Source: Antedon mediterranea (lineage: Eukaryota; Animalia; Echinodermata). From it: DNA of 64,000 bases. The stretch lies in NCBI RefSeq assembly GCF_964355755.1, contig NC_092677.1, forward strand, positions 14,282,101 to 14,346,100, written 5' to 3'. Below are positions 1 to 11,400 of the stretch, one piece after another. The notes beneath the pieces are model-generated. The model did no database searches. It saw only the letters and a list, made by a program, of their open reading frames with translations, and was not told the DNA's origin. Position 1 is the first letter of the stretch. Each line of letters opens with the position of its first letter. Made by a program: the position numbers and the translations under genes.

Positions 1-256
1 AAAAAAAGTTCTATGTGCCCAAATATAGTAGTGATATGCCCAATAGTAATTATGACATCATTGTGTCCATATAATATGGGCACACCACATGTTTGTTGTC
101 ACATAAAGTCTGATAGTGTAAACAAAGCTTTAGAAAGCTTAAAAGACCTTAAGCAACCTATGAGAGATTTCAGACTTAACACAGGGTTAGCAACAAATGT
201 TTTCATCTTTTCGTATTGATTATAACAATTTTATTTTCTTTATAAAATTATTTCGG

Positions 257-540
257 CCCCGAAACCTTGACTCAGAAATACCGGGATGGTGTCCGGCGGG
301 GGATAGTTTTACCTTAGTTAAGCATAGTTAAGCTTAGTTACATTTTTTCACATTATTGATAGTCTCCATCCCCGAAACCTCGACTAAGAAATACCAGAAT
401 GGTGTCCGGCGGGGGATAGTTTTACATTAGTTAAGCTTAGTTACATTTTTTCACATTATTGATAGTCTCCATCCCCGAAACCTCGACTAAGAAATACCGG
501 AATGGTGTCCGGCGGGGGATAGTTTATTACCATTAGTTAA
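257..540. repeat. Tandem repeat, about 3 copies of a ~103-113 bp unit
   Basis: CCCCGAAACC..GACT.AGAAATACC.G.ATGGTGTCCGGCGGGGGATAGTTT recurs at ~257, ~370 and ~473. Confidence 0.85.
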
Positions 541-544
541 GGTC

Positions 545-619
545 TAATGTAAAGCACCTAGAGGGGTCAGTGATCCAGTAGGTGCTATATAAATACTGTT
601 TATTATTATTATTATTATA
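545..619 (+). mobile_element. L2-like LINE/SINE 3' tail fragment
   Basis: TGTAAAGCACCTA...TAGGTGCTATATAAAT stem-loop followed by (TTA)n, the same organisation as the 3' end of the LINE at 15182-15245. Confidence 0.5.
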
Positions 620-1495
620 AGCCTAATACACAACTACTTAAGATACAGTATTGTACCCCTAAAAAATAATTGTTACAAACTTTTTTGTTAAATATTTGTC
701 AACAAATGTTTTGTTTAAATAGTAAGGAAGACAAATTGTCTGTAAATGTTTCTAATTAGATTTAAATTTATTTTTTAGAACTAAAATCAGTATTTTTTTT
801 TGTTTTTTGTTTCACATTGAAAGTAAATAACTTTACTAAAACTATATTTGTTATCCAATCTTTATTTTTAATGAGTCAAATAGAATGTAGTTAAATGATT
901 TATGCCTCGAAAAGAATTTCCATGGAGAAATTATAAGTTTAAAAAAAAATTAGCTGTTACCTTTAAAACATCAAAATCACTGGGATAATGAGTGGCAGGA
1001 TTGTCCCTTTTAAGTATGCTCCATGTTACCACTTGGGGATACTTTTTAATTGCTGCTTTTATGTAGTTATATCGACTTTTTGATGAATAATAATTGTCAA
1101 ATATCACAATATATTCTTTGGAAAAAATAAATGAAAAGAATGATTAGGACGGTCGGCTATATTTTTTAAATAATAGAAACTTAAATTTCACTATTTCACA
1201 GAGGAAGTGGGAAGTTTACTTATTAAAATACAAACTAAACAAAGTTACAGTTTTAAAAAGGGTAACTGTATCTACTGTAGTACAAGAAAAAATAAAAAAC
1301 AATAAGATAAAACATTATAGGGATATATGGAAAAAATTGTTTTGACATAGAATGATATATTATTCATATTTTTAAAAGCTTTGATTAACTGTAGTGTACT
1401 GTACCGTACAACATAAATATATTTTTATTTTAAATAATAAAACACTGTATTACAGTATTTTTTTGGAAATAAAGAGAATATTGTTTAAAACCTAC

Positions 1496-1706
1496 CATGT
1501 TCAACATGTTCTGATGAAAACTCTATTTTTAATTCTGGTATATCTTCATCTGTGGTAACATTACTAAGGCAAGGTAAAAACTGCAACACGTCAACGCTAT
1601 CAGATGTATTGAGACTAACATCATCGTTGTCCAATTTTATTGCTATTGTCCCAGTCCACAGTATCAAAAATAGCACCACAAAAGAAATTGAGCTGAACAA
1701 ATACAT
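1496..1706 (-). CDS. First coding exon of a secreted/membrane protein; the gene continues left beyond the window
   Basis: ATG at 1706; MYLFSSISFVVLFLILWTGTIA looks like a signal peptide; phase-1 donor CATG|GTAGGT at 1496/1495; possible upstream acceptor near 2035. No domain recognisable. Confidence 0.55.
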
Positions 1707-2129
1707 GTTCTAATTCAGCCTAAATGTTTGTATCTATAAAACCTTGTGTTACCTATTGAAACAAATTGTACCTTTCCTCCTCTTCATTTCACAAAGTCTA
1801 TACAGTACACTCAATATTAATGTACAAAATGTTTTTAAAATTATATATTTTTATTACTGATCATCGAAGGATTATTTAATGATGTAAGTGCAGTATTGTT
1901 TAATCCAAAGATCTGTAAAATATAATGTCGGTCAGAGTAAATTACTAATCTACAAACTGAAATATGGTAAGAACATTGATGAATACATTGTGATATAAGG
2001 ATCCTACATACTAAAACACACTCGTTGATCCTGGCCTGTAACATATTTCATACAGTCAATACTCCCAAAAAAAATTGATTTTTACATTGATGTGGCCTAA
2101 GATCCGTGATAAACAACATAATTTTATTA

Positions 2130-2665
2130 CAAATTTAGAAAAACAATATGCCTTTTTCAGGAAACGGAAGACATTTTGATCAATGACAAACAATGCTGTG
2201 CAACAGAAATAACATACAGTAGTGTTTTCAGGGGATTTCAGGACACCATGTTTTTGAGGGTATTACTGTAAAACGATTGGCCATGATTAAAAAAAAATGT
2301 TGATTGCCTAAAATCCAACACAAAAAAGAAACAGTGTTGAAGCATCAAGGCATACTGTCTACACCATTTTATTTATTGGTGCATATGCTATTATACTGTA
2401 CACTGTGTTTTACAATACAAATCATTTTTTTTCATTTCTTTTTTAATAATACATAGAGAGATGTAGGCCTAGGCTAATATTTTAGGAACATTTTACAGTA
2501 AAAATGCTGTCCATCAGTTTGTCCGTTAGGGAATTACGAATTTTTAAGTAACTTTTCCTCTAAAAATATGCTTGCAGCGCTATGTTATTTCTGTTGGTAT
2601 GCTTCCCAGCACAGCATTGTCATCGATCGAAGATGTCTTCCGTTTTGTTAAAAAGGCCTATTGAG
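2130..2665. mobile_element. Degenerate inverted-repeat (MITE-like) element
   Basis: CAATATGCCTTTTT..AAACGGAAGACAT..GATCAATGACAA..CAATGCTGTG (~2143-2200) is inverted relative to CACAGCATTGTCATCGATC..ATGTCTTCCGTTT..AAAAAGGCCTATTG (~2610-2663). Confidence 0.55.
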
Positions 2666-2981
2666 ATTGGTGAAAGAAGAGCGTAATTTTTGATGCACGG
2701 TGTGAGAGCTTGATATGTGTGTATATAGCTGCAATCCACTCGCAAATTTAATACTCTAGTACTAACTAATAGTCTGTATTATAATTATAAAGTTGTTAAA
2801 TAAATTCTAAAATATGCAAATAATATTCCGGTCAAACTGTGCCTGTGAGTGGCGTGCTATCCTCTGTAGATAGGCTAGTGCAATTTATCTCTCCAAAATA
2901 CATTAACTAGATGGCTTCACTTGTGAACTACAAGGCCTAGGCTAACTCTACTATCAATACTATAGTACTAGGCCTGGATTA

Positions 2982-3790
2982 GGCCAAGTTGAGCCGCCGA
3001 CAAGTTGAGCCGCCGCCAGAAAAACGTTATTTTCTATGAAACGCCAAATGCTTACTTTCGCCGGTGCTCGTTTCTATTTAATAGAAGTTCTATTTATATT
3101 AATTATTAGATATAACGATGTATATTCCAAAGTTTATATATCACGGTTTTTAGTATATATTATTAAATATTATAATTAAAGAGAAATAATTATGAATATC
3201 TGACTTGTAGATTCCAAAATATAAGGCCTAAAACATGACCGAAAATGATCGTTTTTAGCCAAAAATGACGTAAACATGTTGCCCCCTTAGGCGGCAGTTG
3301 TATGAACTAGGCCTACTCCATTTTCGGTAAAATAATTGCATAAAATCACCGTTTTTTAGTAAAATATTTTGTGTATTAACATTGTAAAATTCAATAAAAT
3401 ATGATATTAAAAGATAGTATATAAAAAATAATAATTATTTAACCTCATTCGAAGAGTATCAATACTCTATTATAGTCCTGAGAGACAACGTGATTTTACG
3501 CGAGAAAAATATTATGGAGTGCACTGCATTTTTACCTTGAAAGATTAAAAACAATTAAATTATTAAATATGACTACTTTCCTTTGCTGTGTTGTTATGGC
3601 GGTTCAAACCAACAAAATTGTAGTATGTAATTATTATTTATTTTCATGACACAATAAACCTAAAGACCATGAACTTATGTACTAGGACACCCCTCTATCA
3701 CTACGCGAAATGTCGTAAAAGACGCACTGGGCGTTTCATAGAAATTACCGGCGGCTCAACTTGTCGGCGGCCCAACCGGTCATATCCCCT
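2982..3790. mobile_element. MITE / non-autonomous DNA transposon
   Basis: Left GCCGCCGACAAGTTGAGCCGCCG...TTTCTATGAAACGCC is the reverse complement of right GGCGTTTCATAGAAA...CGGCGGCTCAACTTGTCGGCGGC. Confidence 0.75.
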
Positions 3791-4103
3791 AGGCCTATAA
3801 GACATCCTCTCCCGCCTGTCCCCTGCTGCTGCTCTGACTCAGTTTCAGGCCTAGGCCTAGCTAGGCAGCTAGGCTAGGCCAGCAAGCTGGCTGGATGATG
3901 GGTCTTGTTTTACCCAACTATATTATACACAAAACCAATATACCTATGGCAGCGAACCATTTCTATACTTATCTGTGTATTAAACTTACATTTATTATCA
4001 TAATCATGTGTAAAAGTCTAAATTATTATGAATAAAAAACGATTTTTAAACTCTTCTTCTTATTGTTCCTCTTTTTCTCTCTTTCCATGTTTTTTTTGTT
4101 GTG

Positions 4104-4152
4104 AATTCCCATGATGCATTTTGTTTGTTAGTGAAAGGTCAACAAGAGGTCA
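4104..4152. promoter_or_regulatory. Bidirectional promoter core: ZNF143/Staf-like site plus perfect DR5 nuclear-receptor element
   Basis: AATTCCCATGATGCATT (4104-4120) resembles the SBS consensus TTCCCA(T/G)(A/C)ATGCA. AGGTCA-acaag-AGGTCA lies at 4136-4152. Both sit between two divergent genes. Confidence 0.55.
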
Positions 4153-4727
4153 TCATCACAAAATCATGTACAATAGTAAATATTAAAGGCAAGAGGCCTA
4201 AGAAATATCAATAAAAACAGATGTAAACATAGTTTAAATGCGATTTCAACGTCATATTTTAGTGATTAATTAATCAGGAAGCAATAGAGATTCTAAAAAA
4301 TGTCACATAAATTGTAAGTAGACTGTGTTTTCATGATTTTTTAAATAGATATCGGAGGGAGTCTGGAGTGTGTGGTAGGCCTAGCTAGGCCCAAGTTCCA
4401 TACGGAAGTTGCTCATTGAATTGAATGCTTTGGCGGCTATACTAGCCTAGCTAGGCCAATAGTGAGGCCTGGATTGCCTGACAAAAGTTGTACGTGTAGT
4501 AGATAAAGGTTTGCGTAGGCCTATGTTCTAAATACACTATAAACTAAAGTAGGCTTGATTCTATTACAATAAACTTACTAAAATTAAACGTTTATTATTA
4601 ATTATTTAATTGTTCTTTGTTTTTTTTTTGTCGTGTACATTGATGCTATAGCCTATTAAAAGTATTATGTATGTAATGTTTTATGCTCGCACACTAGGTC
4701 GATGGAAGAGGAAGAAAAAAGCCTGTA

Positions 4728-4812
4728 TGTTATGCGCATTTGAACGATTTGCACAATTTGCAATTATGCAATTTTGCAATTTGAATCAAAATACTCAATT
4801 CAAATTGCACAG
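4728..4812. mobile_element. Degenerate end fragment of the TTGCGCAA foldback family
   Basis: TGTTATGCGCATTTGAACGATTTGCACAATTTGCAATT matches the terminus of the element at 32752. Confidence 0.7.
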
Positions 4813-5060
4813 AGAATTTCAGTAATTGTTTGATAAAACGTTTTGTGTTATTATACTTTGTGTTCAACATATAATATATACATATAAAGCCTATAATGTA
4901 ATTATTAAATTTCATTCAATGACAATCCACGCATAACTGTAGCCTAATATATAAAATTTCTTTTTTAATGAAATCATCCTTTCTAAACTATGCCAATAGC
5001 AATACTTCACTTTTAAAATATTATTATTATTACAGACCAAAAACTTGAAAATAAACTCAA

Positions 5061-8000
5061 ATGGCAGCACAACAGGATATGGAAGAGAATGGTGGTATAA
5101 GAGATGAATTATCGGAATCCTCTCAAACAAATGGTACAAAAAAGAAACATATTCAAATTCAGTTTATGGAAAACAACAACTCAGAAGATTGGCACGGTAC
5201 AAGGATGAGCCTTCTAAGCGAAATTCATGTAGGCTACAGGAACATTGAAAGAACACTGAATGAGAGGCCATCATATACCATTCCTTTCCAAGCCAGATCT
5301 GATTATCCATTTGATTTTGAGAATGAACAGCATATTGCAAGAAATCATGTTGGCCCAGAGTGTGTTGATCACTTGAATGGAGATATGTCCAATAATGAAT
5401 CACATCATAACAGACATTTAAATGGCTTCTTTCTCACAGACATAAACAGTAGAGACGGGTTAATGCCACAAATGACAAATGGAACTTCTGCAGATCATGT
5501 AACCTCTGCAGATGTAACTTCTAACAATGATGTCCAAACAAAGAGTGAACATATAAACCACATTGGCACTTCTGATAGTAATTTAAGCAACTGTACATCT
5601 CTGCCAGATACCTTACCTTATGAAATTGATGAAAATCAATTTGATACACAGAGCACACCACATGAAAGAAGAGATACATTTAGGCTCCAATCAAATGTGT
5701 TGCCTGAACGAGACACCAATACCTCAGAACATTTAAATGAGGATTTTAGGGAAGAGTTTGTTCAAAATGGACATCATTCTGTGGCAGAAGATGCTGTAGT
5801 CAATCAGGATTATTTAAATGAATATAGAACTTCAGAAGTATTTCAGAACAATTTAGATCCTTGTGATGCTGTTTCAGAAGAAAATCGTAGATGTTGTGCA
5901 GATGCTACAGAATCAGTTCTTAATGTCATTTCAGGAGAAGTTGAAGATTTTGATGAAAGACAAAGTCATAAAAACAGTGAAACTGATCTTGAAGTTGAAC
6001 TAAATAACTTGTTACTTGAAAATTTTTCAGAGCAACAAGAAAATAATGTTTGTGAGGACAAAGGTGATGATGTTGATAGTGACCTCGATGCTGGAAGTCA
6101 GGATAACTCTTCTTCATCGTCGTCATCATCCTCTGATATTGTTGATGATATGGTTATGAATGTAGAGATGGGAAACCATTTGCTTACATCATCAGGAGCG
6201 ACACCAACCTGTGTTCCAGGAGCAAATTCATCAGATGACAGTGATGAGGGACTAGAAGCAGATGTTTGTGATGATGTCAGCGAACGTGAAGATGAATCAA
6301 ATAATGATGAGGTTAAGAATCTACCAATGGATGATGGAGATGATGATGGCTGTCTTGACATTTGGGACATGCCACAAACAATAGCACCAGAATTTGATGA
6401 AGATGAACAAGAAAGACTTATTGATAATAATTCAATGTCTTTTCTTGATTATTTACCAGAAAATTATACATTGATTAACAATGATAATTTATGTAGGAAT
6501 GGCAATAATGATGGAGCTTTTAATGAACTTTTAAGACATCATTCCGACTTCCAACATAGTACCAATTTTGTTGGAGATTTTTCTGAGTGTTCTGAACATC
6601 TTGATACTCACAGACCTTGCCGACAATCATTAGCTACTGGTCATAACTGTAATAAGTTGGATGAGCAGTCAATATCTCTGGAGGCAACTCATGCCTCATT
6701 TGGTAGAGTTTCAATGAATTCTTTTCAGGCAGTGCCACATCAACCTTCTTTTAGGCAATCTATTTCAGAAGGTGAACATGTTAAACCTAATTCCTTTAAT
6801 AGAATTGATGATGAAAATATTCTGGAAGACATGTCTAATGTCTCTAGTACAGAGTATGGGTTTAATCATCATTTGGAGAGCATGCATAGAGAGTATAAGG
6901 ATTCTAAAAACAAGGGTATTAATGAAATGTTTTCCACGTCAGTCTCCCATAATCAGTCAAGCCCATTTTTAAATACTGAAGATCACCCAAACGTTAGCAG
7001 CACATGCAACAGTGCATCCTCATTTCTGTCAGAAGGTGTCCGGAACTGTCATCTTTCAGAAGATGGCATGATGTCCATTAAAAATGACAACATATCTATA
7101 AACCAGAGACAATATTTTGGTATGGCTACTGGTGGTATTCGTGATCAATCTAATGACCAAGAGGATGAAAAACATAGCAAAGAAAGGCTTCTTTTGCAAG
7201 AGGTAAAAGATCAAATGGCATTGCAGTTGAGACGACTTGATGAACGTCGACAGGAGGAACTACGTTTTGAAGAAGTACTACAAGCAGAATTTGGAGAGGA
7301 GGAACAAGATGACCTTGAACTAGATTACGAAGAGGATGAATTACCGCTGCGGCCTAGTAACTTTGTTGTAGGAGATCTAATACAGGAAGATTCAATAGCC
7401 AGTGAGGAAGAATTGTCGGATGTAATAGAATCGAATCCTAGTTTTGCTGTTGATGATCTTGCTTTTGCAGGAATTGAAGGAGCATGTTGGTGTTTCCAAG
7501 AAGAGCAATTAGCCAATGAAGCCTCTTCGTGTAATAAAAGCGAGCAACAACCTTGTATAAAGAGTAATTGTAGTACTTGGCATAGTTTACAAAATGAGGA
7601 TGTTGGAGAAGAAACAATGGATGAGGAGCAACAAAGAGAACATGATCAGCCATTTATTGTATGGCGTCGCTCATTATTGAAAGGAGAACACGAACCCAAT
7701 GATGATCAAATAAGTGATCTGGAAGGTTATGTTAATGATAGAAATAATGAGTTTGTGGTACGAAGAAAACGTCAGACAAATCAACCTGGTAATACAGACA
7801 GAGACTGTATGCTAGATAGTGAAGATTTTAATCATAATCAAAACGATGAAGAAATTGAATCTCCAGAAAGTGTAGTTGAACTTGAGGAGAATGTTTTGCG
7901 TGACAGACTTTTAGCATTGAAAAAAGATGATGCAGATGCACCTCTTTGGGATGGTTTACATCCAAGGAATGTTCTTGGCACTTCTAATGAATTAACAGAC

Positions 8001-11000
8001 ATACATCAATCAGATACAGCTTCGGCACATGTGGCAAATAGGACTTCTTTTGTACAACATAATGAATTTAAGAGCGAGTTACCTGAAGATTGTATTAATA
8101 TTTGTAATAATACTAAATGTGTAGGAAAAGACGATAATACTTCAACCCATAATATTGTACGGGTAAGTTCACATATTGAGCTAAAATTGATGAAATTATA
8201 ATTTTGTGTGTTAGCAAGAAAGACATTTTTCTGGCGGATCCAGGATTTTTTAATTAGTTGAGCGCTAATATTTTTTTAATAGTCTGTCAAATAAAGGTAT
8301 CACATAATATTTAATAATTTCATGTCAAAAGGTGAACAGGTGAAAAAGTGAACGCACTAGAGCTACCCACTGGATCAACCATGGAGGTGCCATGGAGTTA
8401 CCTCCATGGATCAACCCTGCAGTTAAAATAACAATCCTAACTTGTTCTATAGTTTGTGGGCCAATATTGAAAGTTTTTTTTTCTATTCATTAATATTGAT
8501 AATAGTTTAGTAATTTATTATTTTGATACTTTTGTAATACTTTAGGTTAAAAAACAGAGACCAAAACCTGTAGAAAAGTTACCAAAAAACTCGGCCTTTA
8601 TATGGACACCATGGAACGCTGAGAGAATACAAAAATGTCATAAAGGACCATTACCTTACCTACCAAATGCTGTGAGAAATGCTTTGGTGAGTATTGAAGG
8701 CCCATTGAAGGTTCTTGGGGTTCAAAATACCTCCCTTTTTCCTGAAGTGCCCTTTTCAAACTAGAGACCAGCAGACCAAACATCCTCTGTATTTTCAGTC
8801 CTTTTCGAAATTGCTAAGATAATTTATACACAAGTTTATGCAAGAAAAATGTTTCTTCTGCCATGAGAATAATATTAATAATGTAATCCTGACAATCAGT
8901 CCTCTAATGTTTTATTATATTACAATTTTGTAAATAAAAACTTGTATATTTTGATGAATAGGGTATATTTAATATATAAAAAGGGGATAAATGATGTTTT
9001 CTTTATTTTCAGGTGGCGTTGGGATACAACCCAAACATAAAGGAAGAACAGAACTTAACACAATACATCAAGGAGAACTGTTCGACAGTTCCAAAATTTC
9101 TTATTTCCAGTCGCAAGCATTTTGGACTTCCTGAGGATATCATAGCTAGCTTATCCAAACATTCAAATAATGAAATGTTCTCACGGTTTTTTCCTTTTTT
9201 TCCCCGGAGGAGTGTGAATCTTTACAAATGGCTAAAAGAATGGATATCATTAGGTAAGCGTACAGTAGCAATGAATAATGAGAATAAGCATCTTTTCATT
9301 TACAACAACTAGTTACAGTCATTGTGTGCAGGCCGTGGGGCTTCCTACTGTAACTTGTTTTCTGAACACAGTGTTCAGACGAAGACCAAGACAATGCTTA
9401 GGTCATAGGTCATCATTAATCAAAATATCGAGAGTCAAGCCATGTTTAAACTAGTTGATATTATTTTGATCATCATCATGTTAGTTAATTAATTAACACT
9501 TCGTGTTAGTTATTAGTATTAAAATTAAATGAAATAACTTGGTTGACAATTCATTAAAATATAACTATACATATTTCAATATATACAAAAGATGAAGGGC
9601 TAGTGTTGCCCGAAAGCTCTGCTAACTTTTCTGGCTGTTTACTTTATCGTTTTGATTTAGCTTTTCGCTTTTTTTTTGTATCTCCATTGAGATCCAGCCA
9701 CTGATACCCACAGCATTGTCATTTTTTTCAGTAATTTGCCTTTGGATTAATATAAAAAGAGAAATGTTTAATCAATTTACAAATGTAAAATGTAGTTGTG
9801 TTATTGGATTGCAATTTTAAATGAGTTTAAATTTAATTTGGAAATCATCCATTTTCCCACCTGCTGTGATATACCGATTTCAGTATACATGTGAATGCCT
9901 TATACTTTACTTTAATTTCTTTACAGGTGTGGTTCCAATTGCGTCTTTCAATCCACAAGTTGGAATTGATTCTAATTGTCCGATTCCTAATGAGTGGCAC
10001 CATCAGATGATTTACGGATTGGATGAGCATCAAGTGTACTTGTGTACACCAAACATAACACTAAGTTATAACAAAATAGAGACACAATTAAGCAGTGATT
10101 CAGTATTATTAGTAAGCCTTACATTTTAAAATTTAATTCATTTTTCACTCACATAACAATGAATGGTGATAAGTTGAGGGTGTAGAATATATGGTGAGCT
10201 TTAAAAATTTATAGTATTCAGTTAGGTGAAGCCAAGCCGATTTGAATATAAAAATGGTAAGAATGAAAATATTCTCCCAATACATTCATTTTAGACTTTA
10301 TTCGATTAATCAGCCACTTTCATCTGGAATCAAATGACAAATCTATGACCGGTAACAAAACTCATAATTTAGACAGTTACCAATGGCACAGAGAAACGTA
10401 TTGTCCATTACTCTTTTTTCGGTCAATCATATAAAAATATTTTCGTCTTAAGCTCTGTCTACACTATCAAACCTTATCTGCCAAAAAAATGTATGCCCAT
10501 ATATGGACATGATGATGATGATGAGTCATATCACTACCATATTTAAGCATATCACTACCATATTTAAGCATATCTCTAACATATTTGGGCACGTATCACA
10601 CTCACAAACTATTGATAGTGTAGACAGAGCTTTACTTATTTTTGTTTAACTTAATAACTGTTTTCTTTAGGTTGCCAGAGAGGAGGTAGTAAACCGATGG
10701 GATAGGCGATCTAGGCTAGGTGATCTGAAACAACCACCTGATAATGATTCCAGGTGGATACAAATGAATGTGTTAGGTAAGTGTTGTTTCAATGCCTAAT
10801 TCCCTATAATCCTGGATGCACAACTGTGTGCACCCACTTTACAACACAACAGATGCATTCATAAACATGTAAATCAAATTTCTTTGCATTACACTTAACA
10901 GGGCAAGTTGTGAATGTAATGAGAGAGCAAAGTGCCCCGAAACCCCACGAAGATTATAGTAGACGATACTATTACAAGCCTCTGAAGCAGCGGCGTACTA

Positions 11001-11113
11001 CTCATGTACAGATACCTGCCTGTTATAAAGGTGGAATTACATTATGTGTTAAGAAAGAGGACAAGAAGGCATACGAGGCAGTAAAAAATGCTCCAGAGTT
11101 ACCATTGAGGTGA
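5061..11113 (+). CDS. 1328-aa uncharacterised protein: ~1030-aa acidic disordered region plus C-terminal papain/C39-peptidase-like domain, probably inactive
   Basis: Exons 5061-8162, 8546-8686, 9013-9253, 9927-10111, 10671-10776, 10902-11113; all GT-AG, frame-consistent, 3987 nt. C-terminal motifs SRFFPFFPRRSVNL, GVVPIASFNPQ, IPNEWHHQMIYG, RWIQMNVLGQVVNVMRE, THVQIPACYKGGITL. The gene model is well supported; the fold is inferred. Confidence 0.85.
8380..8408. mobile_element. 29-bp micro-MITE with 7-bp TSD (P-element-like ends)
   Basis: CATGGAGGT...ACCTCCATG flanked by the perfect direct repeat GATCAAC (8373-8379 and 8409-8415). Confidence 0.65.
10451..10632. mobile_element. Abundant MITE family with AGCTCTGTCTACACTATCAAAC TIRs (PIF/Harbinger-like); representative copy
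   Basis: TIRs AGCTCTGTCTACACTATCAA / TTGATAGTGTAGACAGAGCT, TTA/TAA flanks, internal CATATCACTACCATATTT repeats. Other copies at ~1-130, 13003-13140, 18030-18157, 28107-28245, 37162-37310, 41585-41719, 42038-42115, 52240-52338 and 54157-54313. Confidence 0.85.
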
Positions 11114-11214
11114 AGAACGAAGCCATGTTCTACACACAATAAGAATAGCTGTTTATATAAGGAATGGAATCAACTGTGTGTTTGAAGTGAAATGAGTAGT
11201 AAGTCTTCTGATAG

Positions 11215-11400
11215 CTTGTGAAGGTCCTATTCACATGAAATACCTTGTGAATCATCATTATGAAGTACCTTGTGAATTATCATTATGAAGGTCCTATTCA
11301 TTTGAAATACTTTGTGAATCAGCATTATAAGGTCCTGTTCACAAGAAATACCTTGTGAATCATCATTATGGTCCTATTCACATGAAATACTTTGTGAACC
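11215..11400. repeat. Tandem ~40-bp repeats in the 3' UTR region
   Basis: GGTCCTATTCACATGAAATACCTTGTGAATCATCATTATGAA repeated 4-5 times with variation. Confidence 0.8.

Noticed and set aside
5164-7653. Antisense and alternative-frame ORFs inside the large acidic exon (similarly within the LINE, C16orf46-like and ATMIN exons)
   Set aside because: Shadow ORFs of real coding sequence, with no independent motifs or splice support.
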